From Anthoceros angustus (lineage: Eukaryota; Plantae; Anthocerotophyta): a stretch of 64,000 nucleotides of DNA. The stretch covers positions 62,001 through 126,000 of the forward strand of contig MU008210.1 in NCBI GenBank assembly GCA_010909165.1, given 5' to 3'. Positions within the stretch are counted from its first letter, which is position 1. Each line of letters starts with the position of its first letter. Of the stretch, positions 11,200-23,949 are shown in pieces. The notes under the pieces are model-generated. The model was given only the letters and a program-made list of their open reading frames with translations, did no database searches and was not told the origin of the DNA. A program made the position numbers and the translations under genes.

Positions 11200-14100
11200 G
11201 TCTAGCGTCATAAAGCTACTACAGTCTACTAATCCAAGCCCTTCTCTGTGGAAGCAGTGTTTAAACTTGGGCAAGGATTTGGTCAGCACATCTGCTGTGT
11301 TGTCGTCTGTTGGTACATACTGTACCTTTACTATTCCCCTTTCTGCAGCATCACGAATATAGTGATGTTGAATCTCTATGTTTAAATGCGTGCATGGAAC
11401 ACGGGGTTAGCTAAAAGCAATTCTTGACATATTATCACGATTAAGTATTGTTGGCCCTTCTGCGTCATACCGATCCTCACATAGCTTCCTTTCCCATTCA
11501 CCTCTTTGGTGGCTTGAGAGAGCCTTGTACTCCGATTCTGTTGATGAAAGTGATATGGCTGCTTGTTTTCTACAAGACCAATTAACAATGGAGCCGAAGA
11601 AAGCAATATCTTTGAGATACTTTTCGTGTCGTCAAGCCCAATCTGCATCCACATAACATGTAAGCAGGAGGCGCTTCTTTCCGCTAGGTTTGTAGCATAG
11701 GCCATAATTTTGAGTACCCTTGAGGTACCGCATGATGCGTTTGAGAGCAACCCAGTGATCCCTCCCTGGATTCTCGAGAACCGAAAACATTCACGGTGTT
11801 TGAGATGTCGGTCTTGTCGATTACTCAAGAACATGAGAGTGCCAACTCCCATGCGAGGGAGTCTCCATCTCCTTCTTGTCCTCTTTGCTTGAGGCGAGCG
11901 GATGAAAGCTTAACACCAACGGCACTGGTGTCGCCGTATGCTCTCCAAGTTGAAGCGTTTTAGCATACCTACATATCGTCCTTGATGAAGATAAATAGCT
12001 CCAGTGCTATCTCTATGTACATGCATTCCAAGAATATATTTAACTTTGCCGAGATCCTTCATCTCGAATTCTTTGCTCAAATCAGCTTTTATCTTGTTGA
12101 CCAATTCAACATTATTGCCTGGAATAACTAAGTCATCGACATATAGGGCAACAAGTACAAGTGAGCTATCCTGACGAAGTACATAGATGTTAGTATCTGC
12201 TTCACTTTGGACGAACCCCAACTTCTTGAGATAAGAATCCATTCTCTCGTACCATAAGCGTGGGCTTTGCTTAAGTCCATATATTGAGCGGAGTAGTTTA
12301 CACACCTTGTGAGGGAATTTCTTATCTTCATAATCCTCTGGTTGATCCATGTAGATCTCCTCTTTAAGGTGACCATAAAGAAAGGCCGTACAGACGTCAA
12401 GCTGATAAATTTCCAAGTTAAGCTCAGCACATAAAGCTAGAAGCATTCTTACGGAAGCAGCTTTGACGACGGGTGAGTAAACTTTGTCGCCTTGGTAATC
12501 CACTCCCTCTTTCTGACTATACCCCTTAGCCACCAATCTCGCCTTGTGGCGGATACGAGGCTCAACCTCCTGGAACTTAGTTTTGAGAACCCACTTGCAT
12601 TTAATGTTGTCACGCCCTTGGGCGATTGACAGTCCATGTGTTGTTTTAATAAGTGAATTATATTCATCATCAACGGCAAACTTCCACTTAACTGCATCAG
12701 GTCGTGAGTATGCCTCCTGCAGAGTGAGAGGATCTCCCTCTGAAAGAGCAGCACTAAAAGCATCAAAGTGACTTTCAGAAGTGGTAGTATAGCCAGCTTG
12801 GTTGAACTCCAAGTCAAAGGGTATTTCATTCCATAGGTGACGTGGTTGTCGCTGACGCAAGGGATAACTACGCTCAGGAATGGTCAGGGCTTGGTGGGGA
12901 ATGTGGAGATACCGGTGTCTCTGATGCTTGAGTCTCAAGAACACCAAAGGAGTCATCCTCAATTTCCAATGGTTCATCCATGGGCAACCCTATGGCTTGT
13001 TCATCTTCCCCCTCAGCAGGAACTATGGGAATAGGACCGGCTTGAGGTGAAGAAGCCAAAGGCGGAGGAACAGAGCGAAACAGGAACACCTGAGTCAGGA
13101 AAAGTGAAGGGTTGAGTATGTAACTCAAAGTGAATGTCACCAGGCCATCGAGGGCTACGAGAGCCGGAGGTAGAAGCAGCATCTGGGGCAGGACCAGGAG
13201 CCGAAGAAGCAGGTCCAAGATGTGCTAGCCGGGACTCATCAAAGGTGACAGTGCGTGCATACGTCGGAGTGTGGGTATTCAAGTCCACCAGCTTGTATGC
13301 CTTGCGATCCTCGCCATAGCCCACAAATACCAACTTACGAGCACGAACAGAGAGCTTGTCTCGAAGCTGAGAAGGGATATGGGCATAGGCAGGGCATCCA
13401 AAGATACGAAGATGAGAGAGAAGGGGTTTACTCCCATGCAGGCCTCATAAGTCCGGCTGGTAGCGGACTTGAAAGCACATTTACGATATAAGCGGTGTTG
13501 GCGCCCGGAAGGACTTAGGCAATTGGGATTGAGCGAGCATAGCTCGCGCCATGGCCAAAAGATCACCATTGGCTTTTTCCGCAACTCCATTTTGGGAGGT
13601 ATAGGGGAAGTAAATTGTGAAGGATCCCCTCTCTTGACAAAAGTCCTTAAGCGGTGATTGTTAAGTTCCCGGCATTGTCGGATCTAATGCCATGACTTAC
13701 AACCAGTTTGCAGCTCGGCCATAGTAACAAAGGAGAAAATACAGAGGAGTCACTCTTCAAGCAGGCGGGTAAGCAAAAGTATAACTGAAGTCATCCACAA
13801 TCATAAAATGATTAGCCCGCCAAGTGAAGGAGCAGTGGCCCACAAAGATCAATGTGGACAAGCTCCAAGTGAGTGGCAAGCGTGCGAGAAGATCGGGATA
13901 CGGAAGGCTGTTGCTTAGCATAAATACAAGATTCACACAACGGTGGCGTCTTTGTAAAAGTAGGCAGCCTATCCTAAACAAATCACCTTAGACATCTCTA
14001 AGAGCTTGGAATGATTAATGTGGCCAAGCCTAGAGTGCAGAGAAAAGCATCACCGGGGCGTGAGCTCCTCGTCGATGGCGGCCAGCGGCGGCCGCGGTGG

Positions 14101-16635
14101 AGCCGCCAGCGCCAACATGGGCTTGGTGGGGAATGGAGATAGTGTCTCGATGCTTGAGTCTCAAGAACACCAAAGGAGTCATCCTCATTTTCCAATGGTT
14201 CATCCATGGGCAACCCTATGGCTTGTTCATCTTCCCCTCTCGGCGGGAACTATGGGAATAGGACCGGCAGGTGAAGAAGCCAAGGAGGAGGAACGAGCGG
14301 CAGGAACACAGTCGGGAAAAGTGAAGGGTTGAGTATGTAACTCAAAGTGAATGTCACGCCATCGAGGGCTACGAGCCGGAGGTAGAAGCGACATCGGGGC
14401 GGGACCGGGAGCCGAAGCGGGTCAAGATGTGCTAGCAGGACTCATCAAAGGTGACGTGCGTGCATACGTCAGTGTGGGTATTCAAGTCCACCGGCTTGTA
14501 TGCCTTGCGATCCTCGCCATAGCCCACAAATACCAACTTACGAGCAGCGGAGCTTGTCTCGAGGCGAGAAGGTATATGGGCATGGTGGGCATCCAAAGAT
14601 ACGAAGATGAGAGATAAGGGTTTACTCCCATGCCGGCCTCATAAGGAGTCCGGTGTAGCGGACTTGGAAAGCACCACATTTACGATATAAGCGATGTTGA
14701 CGACCCGGAAGGACTTAGGCAATTGGGATTTAGCTCGCGCCATAAAAGATCACCATTGGCTTTTCCGCTCCATTTTGGGAGGTATAGGGGAAATAAATTG
14801 AAGGATCCCCTCTCTTGACAAAAGTCCTTAAGCGGTGATTGTTAAGTTCCCAGCATTGTCGGATCTAATGCACGCGACTTACAACCGGTTGCGGCTCGGC
14901 CATAGTAACAAAGGAGAAAATACCAAGGAGTCACTCTTCAAGCAGGCGGGTAAGCAAAAGTATAACGAGTCATCCTGTGATCATAAAAAATGATTAGCCC
15001 GCCAAGTGAAGGAGCAGTGGCCCACAAAGATCAATGTGGACAAGCTCCAAGGTGAGTGGCAAGCGGGAAGATCGGGATACGGAGGCATTGCTTAGCATAA
15101 ATACAAGATTCACACAACGGTGGCGTCTTTGTAAAAGTAGGCAGCCTATCCTAAACAAATCCTGCTTAGACATCTCTAAGAGCTTGGAATGATTAATGTG
15201 GCCAAGCCTAGAGTGCAGAGAAAAGCATCACCATGGCGTGAGCTCCTCGTCGATGGCGGCCGAGCGGCGGCGCGGTGGAGCCGGCCAGCGCCAACATGGG
15301 CTTGCCGTTGAAGACATATAAATCATGGCGAGGATGGCCTCGAGCAATAACACGGCCCGGATGAATAGACCGAGTGAGTAGACAATCACCACGGCCAAAG
15401 TCCAGCCTGTAGATGCCATCCTTAACCAAGTGACGAACGGAAATTAAATTCTTGGCCATCTGAGGTACATGCAGCACATCAATGAGTAGAAGGGAAGAAC
15501 CATCTTCCAATTCGAAAGTCACTGAGCCAATGCCCGCTATTGAGAGGCCAGAGTCATCGCCAAGGAGAACAAAGCGATGAAGAACATCAGCCGCCAAATA
15601 TGTCGTAAACATGTGTTTGTGGCTGCATATGTGAGCGAGTGCAGTCGAGGCCAAGAAGATTTATACTCGGATGCAACCAAACAAGCATTAAAGCAATGTC
15701 GGTCTTGGAATTATGCCTTGCTTTAGTAACAACCGCTGTGTTAGCGGTTTTGGTGTCCCGCTTGGGCTCACCAGCCTTCTTCTTACGGCATTCCTGCTCC
15801 CAGTGTCCTTGGGCTTTGCACCAATTACATGTCCCCTTACGTCTAGGAGTTGAGGAAGAATTGGATGGAGAAGGCCCAGAGGAGGTGGTACCAGTGGAGG
15901 CGGCGGTGGCATTTGGGTTCCTGCGCTTGTTGAATTGTTGTCTACCTTTGGTGACAAACATCACCCTATCACCACCATGTTTCGAGGTGCCAGCATTGAA
16001 CCTAGAAGCCTCTTCTTGTAAAAGAGCACCGGCTATCTCGGAGATAGAAATTGAAGGTGTCTTATTAGCACGCACGACTTGATGAGCTTCACGTGCGTGC
16101 CATTCGTGAAGAGACAAAAGATTGAAAATGGTGGGAGGGCTAGTAGCTGAAGCTTGAACTCTGTAATGGAGTCCCCAAAGCGCAAGTTGAGCACGCAGAT
16201 ACGAAACTTGCTCACATGTAGCAACTGTCGAGGCTGCATTCTTAAAGAATAAAATTCATTGCGAACCGTGACCAATGTCATTACGTTGGTGGATTGGTAA
16301 ATATCCGTGATCGCCTCCAAGCCTGCGAGGTGAGGGCACCATCGGTGTGATGGAGAGTGACTTCGTCTAGGCGAAATAAGCATGTGCATAGCTTGTTTGT
16401 CTTGCCTTGTCCATGAGTCGAGAGCGGGTGAAGGTCCAGGTGGTTTCGGGAGTGAGCCATCAACGATGGCAAGAAGATCTCGAGTATTTAGAGCAGTCTT
16501 CATCCGCTTAGACCAAACTTCAAACTTGGTGCCGTCAAAACGGTCTTTCTCCTTAAAATCCGTACTCACATTCATAACATTAATGATTGGGCGAGGAGAA
16601 GGTGCAGTGTTGGTGGTGTAGGTGGAGGTAGCCAT
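11200..16635 (-). pseudogene. gag-pol: Element B gag-pol (frameshifted; integrase region duplicated)
   Basis: gag DRFDGTKFEVWSKRMK; knuckle CNWCKAQGHWEQEC; MVFVGYGEDRKAYKL; RT CKWVLKTK...KARLVAKGYSQKEGVDY...YGLKQSPRLWY...LYVDDL; RNase H near 11200-11700. Confidence 0.95.
12893..15303. repeat. Tandem duplication of ~1.2 kb (12893-14124 and 14125-15303) covering GAG-pre-integrase and integrase
   Basis: The two copies are collinear. GGGCTT occurs at all three boundaries (12887-12892, 14119-14124, 15298-15303). Confidence 0.9.
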
Positions 16636-16799
16636 CTTGAAAACTTGTGATTATTGGTGACTTTGTGTTATGGCGCAAAACCAAGAATTCGCATCAATAA
16701 CCAAGCTTGTAAATGTAAATAGAGATGTCACTCACAATAAGCACCACACTCACAACACGGGCTCAGAGGGCCCAAAATCAAGTTCAGTGTTAATGTGAT

Positions 16800-17961
16800 T
16801 CACAGAATCAAAAGTGGATTCGATTCGGCCGTTTAATGAAACCAAATTGGTGTTGATTTGTGTGATTGAATGCGAGCTTGATAGTTGGATGCGTTGCTCT
16901 GTCTTGTAACTCTTGCTTGTGCCTCACCAAGTTTGTACTCCTTGTAGGGCATCTCCAGTTCTCGAAAAGCAGTGAGTTCCTCTGCTTGATCTCGGATGTC
17001 AAACGGAAGAGCATCGCTTGTACAAAGACTTGTGGTGGGGCACACGCAAGTAGTCTCCGTCGTGGAGGCTGGATCACCACAGCAATTGTGTGCGGTGGCG
17101 GAGGCTCGACACACGAGGTTAGCTTGCAAGGTGTTACTTCATAAAGCAAAGTGCTTGAACACATGGCGTGGCCGAGAAATTGAGCTTGGGGAGAGTGGGG
17201 ATCCTTTTGTGAGCAGGGCTCCCGTGAGGAGGCACAACTAGTGAGGAAAAGGTGCACCGTTGAGTCTAACGGCACCGTTACATGGTGCCCTAAATTAATT
17301 ATTTTAGGGGCACCGTTTCATACACAGGCCCGGCGTTTCACCGGGGCCAACTTAAAATATTTTAAGTTGGCTGGGGCGCAGTGCCCAGGCGCCGTGAACT
17401 GCGGCAGCATTCCGCGCCGGTGGAGGAAGGGCGCGTGGCCCCGCCGAGATCGGCGGGCGTGCGCTCGCCGGATCTCGGCGCGGATCTCAGGCGCGCTGGT
17501 GGATCTGGGCGCCACAGGATGGCGTCCCTCTGCGAACTCGCTGATTGTCCCCCGCCTTGGAAAATCCAGCATCTTGATGTGTCAATGCTTTCTCGCGGCA
17601 TCCACGAATGGCTGCAATGTGGCAAATTGGAGGCGGAGGAGGCGCCCATTGATCGCTGGTTGACAAGTCTCCACAACATCGAAGCGGTCGCTAGCTAGAA
17701 TTGGACCATGGAGACTCCTTGCTGAAAATTGAGTCGATGTTAAATTTGAGGTGAGTTCATGGATCCGCTGATCGGTGATCTTAGTATGTAGGTCTCAATC
17801 GCTCTTGCAGAATCGTAAACACATCGGAAGGAAGATCCAAGATGATGTAGACACTGGGATGATAATCCAAAACCTCGGCGAATTCGATTTGTGCGTGAGC
17901 GGGCTGCCTGATCGTGCTTCCTCCTTGCCTCAGCATGGTTGCGTCGTTGTTTGCGACCCAT
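16800..17961 (-). pseudogene. Putative extra ORF upstream of gag in element B (coiled-coil-like, frameshifted)
   Basis: Lies in the ~1.8 kb between the PBS and the gag ATG. Fragments: MGRKQRRNHAEARRKH..., LFRLTSEIKQRNS..., NLVRHKQELQDR...ITQINTNLVSLNGRIE. Confidence 0.4.
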
Positions 17962-18447
17962 AGTTCTTGTGCTTGAAGATTAAAAGGCTAAAAGCAAAAG
18001 CAAAAGTAGGCAAATTGCTTAGAAGAATGTAAGCAAAATTGATGCTATTCTTAGCAAAATTAACCTATAAAAGGCCCAATGACTAGGCCTTATAGAATCA
18101 CAAGAACTAGAAGGGTGGCTAGATTCCATAACCAATCAATTTAGAAAAATTGGTTTGGTTTGATGGAAATTGAACTAATGAAAATAATCAATAAAGTAGC
18201 TATGATAATTACTTTACTTAGAAAGTTCTAAGCTAATTATTTTCACTTAGCAATGGTATGATGGGCAACATGAGTTTCTACATGGTAAAACTAGCGGATG
18301 CGCCTATGATGCGAGATGATAGTACGCTATCGAAATGCATATCAAAATGCATTTTCATCAACTAAAATTGGGTATGAGGTTGCTAGCTTATCTTCCTAAG
18401 TTGATTAGGGAAGAAAAATTAGCAACAAAGCCATTGAAATATCACAT

Positions 18448-18459
18448 GGCTCGATACCA
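18448..18459 (-). promoter_or_regulatory. Element B primer-binding site, tRNA-iMet-like (TGGTATCGAGCC)
   Basis: Directly abuts the 5' LTR. One base shorter than the canonical plant TGGTATCAGAGCC. Confidence 0.85.
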
Positions 18460-18679
18460 AGTTAGAGATGCATATGCGGGCGTCTTGCATCAAGTAGATG
18501 CTTTATTAACAATGAATATGTTTAGTTCATAGGTGGGCTTATAAAGGATGGTTACGAGGGTGTGTCCTTTCACTGGCACCTCGTTAACTAACTACCAACT
18601 AGCTGAGTCTAGTTTGACTAATCCACATTGGGTCTGGTCTAGTCGACCTTAACCAACGCGGTCTGCACTATTTCTAACT
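18460..18679 (-). repeat. Element B 5' LTR
   Basis: AGTTAGAG...TTCTAACT, lying between the PBS and the TSD. Confidence 0.95.
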
Positions 18680-18684
18680 ATGAT

Positions 18685-21600
18685 ACAGATCTGCCCTGTC
18701 CTATTGAGCACATACACGCTGCAATCTGTAGCTAAAGGTACAAATCCAAGCTTACGAAGCTTTTTATCTGCCCTTGCGTTCCACATTCGAGCTGATTGTT
18801 TCAAGCCGTATAAGGACCTGAGCAGGTGACATACCAAGCGTGGATCAATGACGTACCCTTCAAGCTGAGTCATATAAATAGTCTCGGTAAGGTCTCCATT
18901 TAAAAACGCTGTCTTGACGTCCATTTGATGGACAAGTAGCTTGTGTTTTACAGCATAACATAGCAGAATTTGCATAGAAGTAGGTTTTACCACTGGAATG
19001 AATGTTTCTGTGTAATCCAGGCCTTGGACCTGCGTATGACCACGTGCAACTAACCTTGCCTTATAGCGAGCCACAGAGCCATCAGGGTTCAATTTTAATT
19101 TGAACACTCCACTTCGATGTAATAGGCCTTCTATCAGCGGGCAAGGTAACAAGTTCCCATGTCTTGTTGTCAATTAAACTCTAATATTCTGAGTCTATTG
19201 CTTTTTGCCATTCGGCTTTCTGTGGCCCAGATAACGCCTCTTGATATGTTAATGGTGTGTCAAGAGGGTCAAGTACGGATGAAGCCATAGCATGGGCAAA
19301 AGCTGTGAGACTAGCACGAGGTGGTGGATCTTCCAGAGGGGGTTGTGCTACTGGTGCTACTCGCTGGTTACGAGAAACGAGGCTATCTCCGGTCGTGGGG
19401 ATCAATCACTGATCTAGGCGATGTGTGCGGTGATCTCCACGAGAGGTAAGTGGTTCCAACTATGGTTCGAGAGCAATGCGTCTAAGGGGACAAGAGGTAC
19501 ATTCTGCTCATCTAGGTCTAAAGCATTTGGTAAAACATCTGCAGGTGGAGGATCCTGATCTACTGGATCTAGCGGTTGACCAGCAACAGGGCCAGGGACA
19601 AACTGCGATTGAGGGTGTGCAGGAGGGTTAGGTGCTGCTTGCAATTCATCAGAGAAGTAATCGCCTACATCGAGGTCTAGGTCAGCAGAATCCACAGAGG
19701 TCTCTTCACGGGGCATGTGTCCAAACAAGGAAGGTTGAGGGAGAGCTTGATGACTGCTGCTAGACTGAAGATGTGCTTGCAATATGAAGCTTTCATTGAA
19801 ACTGACACTACGTGCTAAGGTCAGCTGTCTAGTGTAGGGGTCATAGAGTTTGTAACCTTTTGAAGTGTCTGAGTAGCCCACAAAAATGTGTTTTGATGCA
19901 CGATCGTCCATCTTTCCTCTCTTGTCAGGAGGTACATAGGCATAAGCGGCACAGCCGAAGATACGTAGATGGCTAATGCGAGGTTTGTAGCTGTGCCATC
20001 GTTGAAAAGGAGTGTGGTCATATAAAGGTTTTCTTTGGCTTTATGTGCATAATTTGCATGGCAACGGCCCAATACCCTCTGGTCAGGCCTGCCAGTGAAA
20101 GTGTTGCTCTGCATCTTTCTTGCAATGTCCTGTTATAACGTTCAGCGAAAGAGTTTTGTGCAGGATGGTAGGGCACAGTGAGCTGGTGGACAATTCCTTT
20201 CTCCCTACAGAAGGACTGAAAATCATGGCTAAGGTACTCCTTTGCGTTATCACTGCGAAGTCTCTTTAAAACTCTGCCAGTTTGTGTTTCTGCCATATGT
20301 ACATACTCAACAAACTTGTCATATGTCTGGTGTTTCCCATGCAGGAAATATAATGTGCAGTAGTGGTTCCATTCATCCAGAAAGGTGAGAAAATAGGTAG
20401 CACCTCCAAAAGAATTCGTGGACATGGGTCCACAAAGATCTGAATGTACAACTTTGAGCAGACCAGCTGCCTTGGTGGGCTCAGGATTATTGTAAGGTTT
20501 CTGAGCCATCTTTCCTACTTGACAGTTCTAAAAACGCGTTTCGAAACTTTAAAAAGGGCGTCGCTTGTAAAGTTACGAAACGCTTACAACCATCATTTGG
20601 ATGTAGGTGATGTCTTTGGGGTGACAAAAGCAGCATGCCATAGCAAGGTCTTGTCAACTTAGTCGTCGGGTGACTTGGCTGCAGGGAGGGGAGAATCTCA
20701 AAACGATACAGGTCATTGTAAACTACTCCTTATGCTAACAATTGAGAATTGTCATTGGCTGGGGTGACACTGCACCCTGTAGGAGTGAACAGCACTTGCA
20801 AGTCGTGGTAAATAACGCGTGATTACAACAAGTTCTTTGTCATGCTCGGTACATGGAGAACATTCGATCCCGATTTGTTGGCCACCTGTGCAGTAAGTGT
20901 GGACCTCACCGATACCCAAAATGGCCAGACCGCTGTCATCCCCAAGTAGCACAAATTGACTTGTCAAGATGGCAGTGTAAGTGGAGAATTTCTCTCTCAA
21001 TTGGCAGATATGGTTGGTTGCTCCAGCTGAACCACATATTCTTGTATACCTTGTGTAGCGAAAGACATCGCCATTATTTGGTGTTTTCTATTGATGTCAC
21101 GCTATTTTGACCACGAGTGATCAGGTGGGATTCACCACCGGGTGGAGCTTCACGTCTGGGTTCCCCAGCACGTTTCTTTCTGCATTCATTTTCATAGTGT
21201 CCAGGTATGCGACACCAATGACATGTACCTTTATTCTTCCGCTGATTTGAAGGGAAAGAAGGAGCCACATATGACCTCCTGGGTTGAGAGGATCCTCTGT
21301 AGGACCCACGGCCACGTCCACGACCTCTTGAGGTAAATAGAACTTGCTGATGTTGGTGTTGCTGTTGGCTGCGTCCAGTAGCAGCTCTGCTTGATTCCTC
21401 TTCAAGCAATGATCCAACTATCTCTGAGAATGTCACAGCAAGGGCATTACCTGCTGCTGCCGATTTGTTGGCTAAGCGTATAATTGAATTTTGAGAGCTG
21501 ATAAAACCTCTATAGCTAGGGGGCAGGGAAGTCATGAGAACTACAGCTGCCTCTACTTCTGTTAAATTATGTCCACATGAAGACAATTTTGCTCGCAAGG

Positions 21601-22309
21601 TACGAAATTTATGAACATGATGCTCAACACTATCTGTATCTTTCATGCGAAGTGCATATAGCAACGTTGCATTACTGCTGCTGCCGATTTGTTGGCTAAG
21701 CGTATAATTGAATTTTGAGAGCTGATAAAACCTCTATAGCTAGGGGGCAGGGAAGTCATGAGAACTACAGCTGCCTCTGCATACATTAAATTATGTCCAT
21801 AGAAGACAATTTTGCTGCAGGCCAAAATTTATGAACATGATGCTCAACACTATCTGTATCTTTCATGCGAAGTGCATATAGCAACCTGGTTGCATTTACG
21901 AATGATGTTGAATCCTTGGTAGCGAACATATAACATGAAAACTTGCCAAGCGCAGATGTGGTTTGCCCACAATATCTTTGGATCATATTTTTATCCAATG
22001 CTGAGAGGAGAATGCTCCGTGCACGCTTGTCCTTTCTCTGTCGCAATTGTTTGAGGCGATCACTGCATCGACAGTTTGTCCATTAACAATGTCCATAAGT
22101 TTGTGTTCCTCGAACACAGCAATCATTCGCATTTCCCAGATAGCATAATCGGTTCCATTGAACCGGTTTTTTATGTCAACTTTGGTGGTGTGAATCACAG
22201 TATTGGGAACAGGTGCACCGCCACTTCCACCTGAACCACTTCCTCCTCCACCACTCCCTTCACCACCGCTACCTTCTCCACCACTTCCTCCACCACCACT
22301 TCCTGACAT
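18685..22309 (-). pseudogene. gag-pol: Element A gag-PR-INT-RT (N-terminal part), frameshifted
   Basis: gag MSGSGGGG...NRFNGTDYAIWEMRM; knuckle CHWCRIPGHYENEC; integrase VHSDLCGPM...LRSDNAKEY...NSFAERYNRTL; RT KARLVARGHTQVQGLDY...YGLKQSARMW. Confidence 0.95.
21444..21891. repeat. Tandem duplication of ~225 bp within element A gag
   Basis: Units 21444-21668 and 21669-21891. GCATT(T)AC at 21444, 21669 and 21892. Confidence 0.9.
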
Positions 22310-22443
22310 ATTGACAGGTGGTGTTGGAAATGGCAAGTGAAATTTAGGTCGGCGATGAAGAGCAAGTCTATGAGGAGGAGACCACATACATGGTAAGAAT
22401 TCTTACTACTGACCCTAATGTGTGACCATCTAATTGTCACTGA

Positions 22444-23180
22444 CTAATTGTGTGTGGTGTCTGAAGAGGTAGAAGGAGGGGTCTGGTCTTCCTCATCAAA
22501 CATACGGGAAATTGAACACAGCACGTGATCCAAAGGCTGAGGAATTATCATGCAACCATAAGGTGGATCTGAGGATGAGACATCATGCGACTTGTGTAGA
22601 CAAAGTTGGGCTGTAGCGGCTAGTTCTAAATGTGCAAAATCATGAGACATTTGTGTGACTTTCTTTGTTAAGATGCCAATTTGTTTGTGCAAAGAGATCA
22701 GTTCTTTCTTGTGATTATATCTTTCTAGACGTGCATTGTCTTGCAGATTGTTAAGACGAAGTCTAAGAAACTTGATGTTTGATGTGCTGGATCTGTGTGT
22801 AGGATCTGTGCGCTGGAATGAGGGTGAAAAATTACAGCAATGTGTTGGGCGCAGTGGGGTGACAGTATGCTATTGTTGACAGCAGGTATACTGACCACAA
22901 CTAGTTTCAGGAGAGAATTGAAAACAGCGTTGCTGAAATCTGCTGTAATCTCTTCGGTAAGACATTTTGCAAGCAAGTCACTTGCGCATTCTCTCAAATC
23001 GCTCCCATTGGCTATATGCCTGCAAGAATTGCTTGCGGGCTCTAATGTAGGCTTGTTTCTCCTCCTCTGTCCAGGAAAGAGTAATGGTGGGCTGCACCAC
23101 CTGGGCGACTTATGCACGGATCTGATGCCATCCAGGTCCGCCGCGCCACAATTACGCTCTAATTGCGATGCTTAGACATG
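22444..23180 (-). pseudogene. Putative extra ORF upstream of gag in element A
   Basis: Fragments EEEKQAYIRARKQFLQAYSQWERFERMRK and RLERYNHKKELISLHKQIGILTKKVTQMSHDFAHL resemble the same region of element C. Confidence 0.45.
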
Positions 23181-23212
23181 AAGGATTGTAGAGAAGCAAT
23201 TTATGCATTATT

Positions 23213-23223
23213 GCTCGATACCA
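23213..23223 (-). promoter_or_regulatory. Element A primer-binding site (TGGTATCGAGC)
   Basis: Abuts the 5' LTR; tRNA-iMet-like. Confidence 0.85.
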
Positions 23224-23422
23224 TAAAGTGGTATCCTCTGTTGAAGCACAATGACAAACGCATGAGAGCACAAGAGAATAATACATTAAGATCAAGAAAG
23301 GTATATAAAAGAGTGAGAGTATTGTAACCGTTTTTAAACCTAATAAATTATCGATGACCTAACCCTAATGAAACATTAATAAAACTAGAGTTAGGTATGA
23401 ACTAAAAATATATTATCCAATA
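23224..23422 (-). repeat. Element A 5' LTR
   Basis: Matches 8917-9135 and is followed by TSD TTCCC. Confidence 0.95.
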
Positions 23423-23949
23423 TTCCCTCAACCCCGCTACTTCTTTCAAAGGGGTTGGCTCAGGCGGAACTTCTCGCGCCGGTGCAGGCATCACAACCTC
23501 CTTCTTCTCAACCCTCCGCTTAACTACGGGCTTTTCCTTCTCGCCATCCTCCGCAAGGTTAGTGTGTTATGGGGCTTCAGTGAAGAGTCCGTTATAGCAC
23601 ATTGTGGGATGTCAGTAGTGGATGTCACTTGTGCAGGGGAAAGACGCCGACGTCGGGAATTGTCTTCGCCAAGTATGCCGCATGGTGTTCCGATGGCGAG
23701 AATACGAACTTGTATGCACCATGAGCGGCGACCCTCCGGCAAGGAGAGTTGGGGTTGAAGGGCGCTTTTGATGTTCGCATGATTGCAGCCGTGGCTTGTT
23801 CATGGCGATGGGTATGGGAAGCGGAGAACATACGGTCGAGAGACCTGGGCTATCAATAGAGGTCCTACGATGCGGCGACTTCGATCACCTCCGAGGATGA
23901 TGTGCGAATCGTTTCCCAAACCTTTGAGCGAGACATTGCAGAGCGTCAA

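Larger units (their letters stand above)
10725..18679 (-). mobile_element. Ty1/copia element B, full length, non-canonical AG...CT termini, TSD ATGAT, inserted in the RT of element A
   Basis: LTRs 10725-10938 and 18460-18679, both AGTTAGA...TCTAACT. ATGAT at 10720-10724 and 18680-18684. Excision restores GQICIIALYVDD. Confidence 0.95.
8917..23422 (-). mobile_element. Ty1/copia element A, full length, TA...TA termini, TSD TTCCC, interrupted by element B
   Basis: LTR pair 8917-9135 and 23224-23422. TTCCC at 8912-8916 and 23423-23427. PBS 23213-23223, PPT 9136-9146. Domain order gag-PR-INT-RT-RH. Confidence 0.95.
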
